Below, one piece after another: positions 11,895 through 22,689 of a DNA stretch of 64,000 nucleotides; position 1 is the first letter of the stretch; each line of letters opens with the position of its first letter. The translations under genes were made by a program, and so were the position numbers. The stretch covers positions 44,665 through 108,664 of the forward strand of contig NIVC01000389.1 of NCBI GenBank assembly GCA_002269645.1, read 5' to 3'. The notes beneath the pieces were generated by a model that worked only from the letters and a program-made list of their open reading frames with translations, was not told the origin of the DNA and did not search any database. The stretch comes from Macrostomum lignano. Its lineage: Eukaryota.

Positions 11895-12912
11895 ATGGCC
11901 GATAGATCAACAACAACAGAAGACAAACAAGTCTTCATAGAGCTGGCGCAGTTCCAAGACACCCTGGCCTGCGCCTCGGCCATGCTGCCTAATCTAGACC
12001 AGTCTGACTTGATGTCCGCCCTGCTGCTAGCTATGCAACTGCAGAGTAGAATAGTTGGTATTATGATGATGCCGGACGCCAGTAGCAGGCCAGCTGAAGA
12101 CGGTCGGTGGTCTTCGACGACTGAGGCTTCTACTGAGTCGTCAGTGATGCCGGCAGAAGCGGAGGCTGAGCTAAATCAGGATCGTGTTGACGATGTTGCC
12201 ACTGTCGCTATCGAGTCTGAGATTCTCAGCGGTGAGCTGGGCGGCGGTGAATTGCCGCAAGAGTCGCCGAGTCTCGATGATGCTGACGAGGACTCTCCTC
12301 CATCAGCAACAAAGCGAATCAAGCTCGAGCTGGCTGGCCAGCGAACGCAACCGCACGAGGAGCTCGGATTCTTCGTAGCCCAGGTTAACAGCGGTGAGAA
12401 CGAATCGACCACAAGGGACGAAGAATGCGACTTTATTGTCGATCCGGAGGATGGGGTGAGTTAGTAGACAAGAAATTACCTATCTCTAGCCAGCAATCGG
12501 CAAAGACCTGGTCCATAGATAATTACTTAATTTCATCGATTGATAGATTGGGTGCAAATCTTATAACTTGTGCCTACCTTGACCCCACCTTGAAACTTAG
12601 CATGAAAGTGCACGCATGCGAAGCCGCGAAAATGCGACGAAACCAATAATTCATTACTTTACTTCTTCCACGATACAGGGCTTCATTATTCCCGGTTTCA
12701 CAATTGTCGATGGAAGCAGCCACTGTCAAGACTTCTCATCAGCTGAGCAATCTTCATCTTCACCTTCTTCAAGTTATTCCACGAAAACTGGGCCACCATC
12801 ATTGCCTTTTTCTACTGGTCAACTGTTGCTCAACAGCCGAGTGGTGTCTGCCCTAACTAGGGCCGCCGTATTCGCCGCCGCCAACGGGAAAGTTCGAGAG
12901 TCAGGAAATTGA
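11895..12912 (+). CDS. Orphan acidic nuclear-type protein (~264 aa), exons 11895-12455 and 12679-12912; shares its N-terminal motif with the 7055 gene
   Basis: ATG at 11895 (ctATGgcc). Phase-0 GTGAGT donor at 12456; phase-0 acceptor TTCTTCCACGATACAG ending at 12678 joins an open frame to TGA at 12912. NLS/SUMO-like PSATKRIKLE. Confidence 0.65.
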
Positions 12913-14739
12913 AATTTGAATATACGAGTATTTTGTGCAGTAGCTTGAAACTGAAAGCTTCAAATTCAAATTCAAGTGTTGAGTGTTGAAGTAGAGTATC
13001 GTGTGCATGTGTGTACTGTATGTGTCGTGTACATGTACATAGGTATGAACATTTTTAGCTTACAAGGTTATTTAATACGGATTATTCAGAGTACGTTTTG
13101 TGTTAGAGCAGGTACTTTTGTAAAACATGTTTACGCATACACGTTTCGCGTATTGTATTTCATGCGCTGTTATGTAGGCTTACATGTGCAACACGTTCTT
13201 TAATTAATCATACTGTAGATTGTTTACATTAAATAAAGCTATACCTCTTTCGAATAACTGCAGTTTAATTTGAAAATGTTGATTTAAACTACTGGCTGCC
13301 TTGTTAATTACTTTACCACCGAGTTGTTGACAATGAAATCTAAAATACACGGCATTTGCGGTTAAAACGAATTACATAATCATAGAGTTTTTCTCGAAAC
13401 TACAGTTTATGTTCTCTTATTGATATCTTTGAGACTCAAAGATATATGCTACGTCGGCGTAAAATGTGAGCCAATAATGATAAAAATACGTTTTTGCGCG
13501 CGATTTCAAAAAAGAAAAAACAACCTAATCGGCCCGGCGAAGCGACCTCGGTCGTGACTTGTGTGGTAGTAGCTTGGTACAGATTACCATGTTAAACCAA
13601 TGTCAAAGCTGGCGGGCTGTACCTGTTTGTACCGCTATCACAAATATATCATATTGAGCTGGTTTTAACATTTTACAACCGTTTCATGCTCTACTAGGGC
13701 CTATTTAATAATAATATTTTGATGCTTCACTAAATGACTGAATTCTTTAGGTCCAATTTTAAACGTATGGCCCATTGTGCTCTAAATTTGCTATACTTTT
13801 ACAATGCAAATAGTAGAGTTTTGTACTAATTGTTTGCCTAGAAGCATTATCTGGAAGCATTAACACTAATATTAATAACTTTATACTATTAGTATTAATT
13901 ATAGTTGTTAAAGTTAAAGCTTTTACTAGGCATGCAACATGAATTATAAGTATCTATTTCTATTATTAGCATTCATTGCTAATTGAAAGTAAATGATAAC
14001 TTTAACTAGTATCATTAAAATTTAAGGTTAGGTTTTTTGTTATATTATAAAATTTATAGCATAGGCACATAAGCTATTTCTTTAATACATGATATGATAG
14101 ATATGTAATAAATAAATTTGTTTCATTCTTTATGTCATAAATAAGTCTCAAAATTAATTTAAAATCTAAATAAATAAAATGTGACTGGGTGCTGACCCAT
14201 TTGGTAATAAACAAATTTGGCAACAATAAAGGAAGAACAATTGTGTATTATCATTTTTTTAAATAGAGCCTAGGCTATTTTAGTATAACAGTATTAGGCT
14301 AGTCAATGCATATAAGTTAGGCTTAGGCCTAGATTTTCTATTTTAATTGAGTTTTTATTTATAGGCCATCCTGTGCTTTTTAAATATGCTTATTTCCAAG
14401 AAATGTTTATTTGTGCAATGTTTAATTATTTTAATCAAATACCTTTTTTCTATTAATATTAGGCCTAAAGGTTATATCATATAAGCCATACTCTGGATCA
14501 ATAGATCATATTGTATATGTCCAAAAAATCAGGCATGCATTGGCTTTGCATGCCAAAAGTAGGCATCTAAGATGGAAAGAGAAGATTTCTTTTTTAAACA
14601 GTAAATATTGTTGAAAAGTTGGGGTTTTTCCTTCGAAACTGGTTAGCATTGCATTCGCACGAATCAAGCCAGAAATCACACAGACTAATCACAACGGAGC
14701 TAGGGGCCAGCCATAAATGCGCAGTTGGCTGTCAATGAG

Positions 14740-15192
14740 CTATAGTCTTTTGGGATATATCTCCATGGTGGCATCCCAGTATGCTTTTAGATGGAGGTCC
14801 CAGCCATTCTTGAGGAGGCCGGCCTCCATGTAGGCAAGGGTCAATAGTAAAGCTAGGGCTAGTTGGGGGCTCTGCCCTTGGTAGAGGCTTTCCTCCACGC
14901 TGGCTATATAGCTGTCCAAAATCTCCTTGGCTGCAGATGGCTGCATTAAGCCGCACATAGTCTGCCATTGGGCGTCGATTCTTATGCGGCCTTTGCTCAC
15001 TGCCTGGAGCACAGCTGCATCAAGTGCTTGTTGCAATCGGATTTGGGCTGGTGCCTTGCCCTCAGAGGTAGAGGTCAGGGCGCGCAGAGTGAGCACTTCC
15101 TTGGGCTGGAACCAGGAGGCTTGGGCAAATGCGGCCTCGAGGTCCGGGGTCCAGCCAGTAGCACCTTCAGATGCCAGGTTGCTGGACATCAT
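14740..15192 (-). other. Orphan ORF remnant (150 aa), probably an accessory ORF of the adjacent Gypsy relic
   Basis: GC-rich coding-like island in AT-rich DNA, on the same strand as and downstream of the Gypsy pol relic. Weak colinear motif similarity to ORF 59752-61221. Confidence 0.4.
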
Positions 15193-15367
15193 GTTGCAGA
15201 TTGAACAAATGATAAAGCAATTAGGGCAACAATGAAAAACATATACAGGAAGATGATTAGGACAATAGAATATTATAGGAGGCAGATTGGATTTTGGCTA
15301 AGTGCATGGAGAAAATTTATAAAATTAACAACAATGAGGGGCACTTAGCTGCCTTATATATGCAAGT

Positions 15368-16942
15368 GGCTCATTCCATATAAGATGGACATATTTGGAA
15401 AATAGAAAAAAGTCAATATTTTTGCTTGCCATTGCCTAATTAGCCGGCTCATTCCATATAAGATAGACATATTTGGAAAATAGAAAAAAGTCAATATTTT
15501 TGCTTGCCATTGCCTAATTAGCCTATTTTTTACCAAATGTTTATATTGTGCAATATATACAATCTAAGAATAAAGGAATGGTAAAATGTTGGATTAGTAT
15601 GTTATCAATTGGCAAAAAGTCATTTTTGTAAAAATTTGGACATTTTTCGAAGCAAAAGACATCATTAAGATTTTGTACCTTTTAAAAACAAATAGAAAGC
15701 TTTTGAAGGTTGAAACAAACTATAGATAAAAGTATAGTACTTGCATCATCAGATAAAAGCATTGGTGACCAAATAATCTATTATATTTTTAATGTATTAG
15801 TACCTCAAAGTTACTGAATTGACAGAAAAAAATATGTTACGACCATAATGTTACGACCATAAGGCTGCCTTTTCTTTTGTATCTTTGTTGCCTTTTGAGT
15901 TTATATATTCTAATAAAAGAGTATGATTTCTAAAGATGTTCTTAGTCAAATTTTAAAAATGTATTGCAAAATATCAAAAATGAAAAATGTTATAAGACTT
16001 TTACCTTTTAGTTTCTATATGTCAAAAATCCTGTCGTTACGACCATAAGTGTCATTTAAGGTTTAATAGCATCTATACTAATAATGATATCTATATGAAA
16101 CTCTATAAATATATTCTAGACAAAATAATCTTTCATTTAAAATATTGGTTTAGTATATTCTATTATTAGATTTCATTTTATAAGTAAAAATAACCTGTCA
16201 TGTTACGACCATGCTTATATGGAATGAGCCAGCCTATTTTTTTACCAAATGTTTATATTGTGCAATATATACAATCTAAGAATAAAGGAATGGTAAAATG
16301 TTGGATAAGTATGTTATCAATTGGCAAAAAGTCATTTTTGTAAAAATTTGGACATTTTTCGAAGCAAAAGACATCATTAAGATTTTGTACCTTTTAAAAA
16401 CAAATAGAAAGCTTTTGAAGGTTGAAACAAAGTATAGATAAAAGTATAGTACTTGCATCATCAGATAAAAGCATTGGTGACCAAATAATCTATTATATTT
16501 TTAATGTATTAGTACCTCAAAGTTACTGAATTGACAGAAAAAAATATGTTACGACCATAATGTTACAACCATAAGGCTGCCTTTTCTTTTGTATCTTTGT
16601 TGCCTTTTGAGTTTATATATTCTAATAAAAGAGTATGATTTCTAAAGATGTTCTTAGTCAAATTTTAAAAATGTATTGCAAAATATCAAAAATGAAAAAT
16701 GTTATAAGACTTTTACCTTTTAGTTTCTATATGTCAAAAATCCTGTCGTTACGACCATAAGTGTCATTTAAGGTTTAATAGCATCTATACTAATGATGAT
16801 ATCTATATGAAACTCTATAAATATATTCTAGACAAAATAATCTTTCATTTAAAATATTGGTTTAGTATATTCTATTATTAGATTTCATTTTATAAGTAAA
16901 AATAACCTGTCATGTTACGACCATGCTTATATGGAATGAGCC
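15368..16942. mobile_element. Outer copy of a ~786-bp non-autonomous TIR DNA transposon (4-bp TSD AAGT)
   Basis: TIR GGCTCATTCCATATAAG at 15368 and its reverse complement ending at 16942. TSD AAGT at 15364-15367 and 16943-16946. Interrupted by a second copy. Confidence 0.9.
15446..16230. mobile_element. Inner intact 785-bp copy of the same TIR element (4-bp TSD AGCC)
   Basis: Same TIRs. TSD AGCC at 15442-15445 and 16231-16234. Subterminal GTTACGACCAT motifs are repeated. Confidence 0.9.
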
Positions 16943-17759
16943 AAGTGGCTGCCCAAGCAATGAATGAGGGGAATTCACGCATTGGAACAGGGCACCAGTC
17001 ACTGCCCAGAATGCACTCTATGGTGGGCACACATGGAGGTGGGGTAGGTGACAAATTGTAGAGTAATAAAACAGATAGCTAACCGCAGCAGGGGGTCTAA
17101 CTTAGAATGAATTAGGGCCTTAAAAGCCTTAAACAGCTTACATCAAATGGAGGAGAGCAATTAAAAAAGACTGGTTAATGCATAAACAACAGCTAAAATA
17201 AAATAAAGTAGTAAGGGAGCAAAGGCGGGCTCCTTACTATTGATAATGTTAGAATAAAGTAGGTTAGCTACCGATATGGCATGCAGAGGCTCCATAGGGA
17301 GTTATAATGAAACAGGGGCTACCTCTGGCACTGGGAGAGGGAAGCCAAAATTGGAGGCCCTTACAGTGTTCCCAGGCTCAAGCAAAATCAAACAAAGAAC
17401 AGGGGTCAAATCACCTCAAATGCCCTCCGCTGAGAACAAGGCCTAGATCCGAGGCGCTTGACCTGAATGGGGCACAGACAAAATTGGCCCTTAGACAGCA
17501 GGCTCACCAAATAGCAGAGAGAAAAAAAGGACCTTCAGTTTTAATTGAACTGGAAGGTTTACAATAATTAACTGCTTTTCTCCTGAAAGCATAAGGAAAA
17601 AGGGGGATACCTCTGCACTTTGGTTGTGTGCGAAGAAGTTTACAATGAACAGGGATTCGCAGAAGCAGATAAAACACAAAATACTGTATCGCATTGATTA
17701 AAGATTGACGCGTTGAATAAATATCAATCGCATTGGTTAGATGAGAATTTCACTATACA

Positions 17760-17995
17760 TGAGAACTAAAAGATTCAAAACGCTGCTTTTAGCCAGAAAG
17801 CATAAGGAAAAGAGAAATTGCTTTTATCCCTGAAGCAGAAGGAAAAGTACATTGAAAGTAAAATTTAACACATGCTTTTATTCAGAAAGCATAAAGAAAA
17901 AAGAAATTGCTTTTATCCCTGAAGCATAAGGAAAAGTACATTGAAATTAAAATTTGATGCCTGTTTTTTTATCCGGAAAGCATAAGGAAAAGAGA
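17760..17995. repeat. About 2.5 copies of an ~89-bp AT-rich tandem duplication
   Basis: AGAAAGCATAAGGAAAAGAGAAATTGCTTTTATCCCTGAAGC... at ~17795, ~17884 and ~17975. Confidence 0.7.
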
Positions 17996-19335
17996 AATGG
18001 ATATTTCAACGTAGTATTGATGTAGGTTATGATGTACTTATTGCCTTAGTCTGTCGGGTCTCCAGTGGGGCCCATGATATCGATCGCGCATCACCCATAG
18101 ACTTCGCAGACCGGAAATGACTACATGCACTGGGATACATCGCCATCCTTTGCTTTGAGTGCAGGTCTAGCAGGAAGCGACATAGTCAGACAGGGCAAGG
18201 CAGGGCAGGTTGCCAGAACCTCTCGCGCACCTCTGCAATAGTAAGATCTCGGCCCATGTGTCTGCAGTAGGGCAAACCATGCAGGTTGGCAAACACCGTG
18301 GCATCGAGACTCTTTGACAATACAATCCTCGCTTTGTCCTCCTTGCCAATATCGTCGAGATGGATGACTAATAGTCTGTCGCCTCAGACTTCCAATTGCT
18401 CATAGAATGCTACAAAGAGATTTTGCTCTTCTCTTGTTAGATTTAAATGCTGATTTAGTAGTGGCTTCGGTAGTCGACTTTCGATAAGGTTGATCATCAT
18501 CCCCATGGCAGAGTCAGCACATTGATGAGTCTGGAGCTCCTCTCGAGTGACTGGTCTCGGGATGTGATCAGTTAAGTTCAAGGTTTGGCATCTGTTAGTC
18601 AAACTAGTTGACCCGGCTTCGGCTGTGGCTACATGGTTCAGGGTCTGGAGCTCGACGCACAATCACTACTCTGGCCAGTTGCCGGGTCATTGAAAAATTT
18701 GAAGGCCGATCCTTGTTGGTCATTTCGGCATCCCTTTTGTCGGAATTGGACTCGTCAGCAGATGAGAGTGAGTTAGCAGAACTGTTAGCATCAAGGCTGA
18801 AACTCACTTTCTTGAACTTAGGATGGCAAGCGGGTTGGCAGTGGTCGTTATTGGCTGCGCTGTGGTTGCTGTCCTTGTTGCCTTTAGCTAGTAGATGGTG
18901 GCTCCTTGAAGGGCAACATGTTGTGCTGCTAAAGCTAGTAGGCGACCTCTGTGAGTCTCGAAAACGGCTGGCTGATGGCCTCGGCTTTGTCGCTGGCGGG
19001 TGCAGCGCTATCAGCGGCTTGCTGTCAGCTGTCGATGTTGCTGGCGGCATAGCCTCACCGTTGGACTCCTTTGGCTTCATTGGCAGTTTCCGTCAAGTCC
19101 AGCAGGTTGGTTGCTTCTTGCTTAGTGGTAGGCTAGGGTGGCCACTGTCATGGACCTTCGGCGCTGCTGTGCCAGTTATTGCGGCTGGCTGCTTACTTTG
19201 GTCCTCATCAGCTGCCTCATGTTGAGCCTCCTCTAAACATTTGGCGTCGTCCTTGGGCTGTCTCGAGAGACTGTCGGCATTCTGATGCTGACTTGATTTT
19301 TGATGCTGGATCTCGAACTCAAATTTTAGTGTTCT
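17995..19335 (-). pseudogene. Decayed Ty3/Gypsy pol fragment (RNase H end, linker, integrase HHCC and start of core)
   Basis: KFEFEIQHQKSSQHQNADSLSR (RNase H C-terminus); LHGLPYCRHMGRDLTIAEVRERFW...YVASC*TC (HHCC); AIDIMGP and GNKYII (integrase core start). Stops and frameshifts present. Confidence 0.88.
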
Positions 19336-20179
19336 GCCACCGCAAGTTTTGACCTCCGTAACTGTAACCGTAGCCGTAAGAAAGAAGCAACTTCTGTAGC
19401 CGAATTTTGCCGTCATTACAGGCTAAAAAAGTCCGTAACCGTAATTTGCCATAACTATAGCCATAATGTATAACAAAAATTGATATTTTTGCATGAAAAG
19501 TGGGGCAGACAGAAAAGGACAGATAAAAAGGATAAAAGGATAGCAATAAAACCTACTTGTTGTTTGTTCATGCATTAATATTGATTTATTTTTTTCGTAA
19601 ATATAATATCTCTAAGTATTCTATAGTATTGTTGTATGCAATTGTGTGCTTGGTGCCTTTTTCAGTTTTCTGTCTTGTGATTCTGTTTTGTTTCGCTACA
19701 ATATGAATCTATGACTGACGTGCCAAGGTCAATGTGTATGTTTAATATCATTAGATAAATATATGAATTTGTTCAAATAAAGCTGTTTCAAAATTTCCAA
19801 TGACTAAGAAATTGCATGTTACATTTTTTTCTTTTTCATTTTATTGCATTGTCTATTGTCTTCTTTGGTTTCAATCAATTTTCAATCATAATCATACAGC
19901 AAAAAGATGGTAAAAATAAAAAGTAAAAAACTTGCTTTCAACAAAATAGTGGCAGCAGAACAAGATACATGTAGTGGCAAAAAGATAATGCCTAATGGGC
20001 TATATGGCAAAACTATGAAACCAGAACAATGAGATAGTAAAAATAAAAAAATTAAAAACATTACTAAAGGTAAAGATAGCACCAGGCTATAGCTATAAGG
20101 TACTAGCACCTAATAATCACCTACTGCAGCATGCTTATTGTGGAGAAATACAGTTGAGTTAATCATAGTTATTTTAAAT

Positions 20180-21159
20180 TTAAATTGTTCTCAATAAAAA
20201 AAGCCTCTTGGCTCCCTCTGGACTCAGTCGGTTATGCTTCTTTGTAACCGTACTGCCTGCTGCACTGAAAAGGCGTTCAGCATCTGCACTGGTAGGTGGC
20301 ACGGCCAATAGGCAGCGGGCAAGAATGCCCAAGACCGGAAATCGCACATGGCCAAAGCCGGATGTCGCCCAAAATCGGAGTGTTGCTGCTGCTTGTTGTT
20401 TGACACCTCTAGCTAGTATTGGAAACACTGTATTAGAAATATGTATATAAGTATAAGAACTTAAGTAAAATGTGAAATTGATTTCAGTTTCTCTATTACT
20501 TTCAATTTGAGTTCTTTAGATTCCATTGTACAGAAAGGATTTGCAACAGGGTTTAACTTAAGTGTATTGGAGGCCCTATGTACATAAAATTAAAAAAACG
20601 AATGCAAAAATAACCAAGTACAAGTGAAAGTAAAAACTTACCTGGCTCACCAAGGTAGCGCTTAAATTGTTCGGCAAACTCTACTTCTACCGGTTGCTGC
20701 TCCTTGCTGTTCTCCCTAGGCTGCTCAGAGGACTATTTTATTGGGTCGAAATCTTCCAGCATCAATGGTCGGAGCCTTGGTTGGTTGGATGGCTAAAATA
20801 GCTCATTGTCTTGAGTAGCAACTGTTGTACCACAGCTAGATCTAGATGAATTGTCATCAATAATAACGGTGTCAGAGGCAGAGGCATAGTCACCCTGGAA
20901 GCTCATGTGGTTGCGGAGAAAAATCTGCTGGAGCTTAGCATTCATTGCGGCAGTAGCTTTAGCTGCAGAGACAGGATCGCGAATGCCTGATATTTTGTAG
21001 TGTGGGTCTAGCACTGTTGCAGCAAGGAGCAGATCATTGTCCAGCTGAAGGACATCCCGAAATCGACTCTCAACTTCCTTCTTAAGTCCCTTAGCCAGTG
21101 TTCGCACACCAGTTGCTCCTCACTTGCACAGTCCAAAAATGCTACGAGTGCAACAATCT
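20180..21159 (-). pseudogene. Decayed hAT transposase, C-terminal half, two exons (21159-20642; 20427-20180)
   Basis: LLAATVLDPHYK motif. Phase-1 intron (GT at 20641, AG at 20429-20428) joins FKRYLGEP to VFP...FWA...FPVLGILARCLLAVPPTSADAERLFS (hAT dimerisation domain). Two in-frame TAG stops at ~20793 and ~20733. CCGTA-type repeats at 19355-19460 may be subterminal motifs. Confidence 0.88.
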
Positions 21160-22468
21160 GAGAAAAAAAATGAGAAAGGTTGATTAGAATTATTTAGTTA
21201 GCTTTTTGTTTTAGTAATATTGTACTTATATTGTATCTAGAAATAAAAATATAGACCTATAATTATTTCCTATAAGTATAAGTTACTTTTACAAAGTTAC
21301 AAAAAGTATTGCTGAGAGTGCATAAAAATAAACCAAATTATTTCCCAAAAAAGGTCTATTACACAATTCAAAAGAGGTCATTTACTTAAATTAATTAAGA
21401 AATAACAATTTACTTAAATTGATTTAAGAAAATCATTTAAAAGAGGTCATAAAGAGTTCATGCCAGGTATGCACATACAATATTTTCTTAGGAGTTATGC
21501 ATGTCAATTGTACACCGAAATTTTTGGGCATATAGGCCTACATTACTACATGATCTAAAATATGGCTTTGAATAATTTTTTATTTTAGTTTTAAAAAATA
21601 TTTGTATAGGCCCTATCTAATTAAGTATATTTCACATTCTATCATTCTTGCACAAGCAAGGGTTTATTAGGATGTAAGAAAATGTTAATATATCAATAAT
21701 TAAAAAATAATAATTGGTCAAATTAGCTTTGTTTATTCATATTTCACATTTTTTGTCTATAAATCATTTAATTCTGTAAAACTGTCTTATATTTAAAAGG
21801 CAACTTCATGTGAAGAGGTCTACTTTGAAGTGCAGTGGTTTTTACTGACACCAAGTTTTATCAATGTTTTAGCAAAATTAAAAAATATTGTTTTATTATA
21901 TTTTGGAGTTCCAGCCATAGATTTATAAAAATAATGAACAGAAACAATTTAAAAAAATAGTTATGAATAGTTTTACTTCAAAGTCTGCTTGATCAGTGTC
22001 AGATATTACTTTATAATATCAGTAGAGGATTAACAAGTCTTTTGCATATTGTCATTAGATTGACAAGAAACTACCACATAGCCACTAGCAAGGGTCATGG
22101 ATATATAATTATACGCAAAAAATTGATTCATTTTTTAAACTGAGTGATATGTGTCTATGGCCACAACTCTTAGCTCAGTGCTAGTTTCATACTTTAATAT
22201 AACTTGGGTGTCAAAAAGCATAGATAAATGTTCTGCAAATGGCTTTGCAATAAGACTTCTATAGTCTGAGCTATGCTCAATAAGAAAAGACTTATAGAAC
22301 ATTTACCTTGTATAACTATTAGGCATAGATATAATGTAAATAAGCTATTCCATATAGTTATTATAGAGTAATGAACTTTAGTCTTAACTTTAGTCTTAAA
22401 TTGAACTTATATAGATTTAACCATATTTAAATAAATGTATCATTTAAAAATCATAATTCTGTCTAGAG

Positions 22469-22520
22469 CAGGGGTTAGCAAACTTCAGCCTATGGCCCAT
22501 GGGGGCACATGCGGCCGACA
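22469..22520 (+). mobile_element. Probable left end of a Charlie-like hAT element (other end not found)
   Basis: CAGGGGTTAGCAAACT...GGCCCATGGGGGCACATGCGGCC is preceded by GTCTAGAG, matching the NTCTAGAN target preference of Charlie/Buster hATs. Confidence 0.45.
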
Positions 22521-22689
22521 AAGCCTCCCTATCTATCTAACTCAAGATCTCTTCTCAACTCTCAACTCTCATCAAAATTCCATATTAGAATTAATTTTGC
22601 CATTCCAGATTAAGCACTGCTTAGCCAGATAGCAGCCAGGGTGTAAGCCTTAACAATCAAATTTGAGTCTTACTCCAGCCAAGCCGAGT

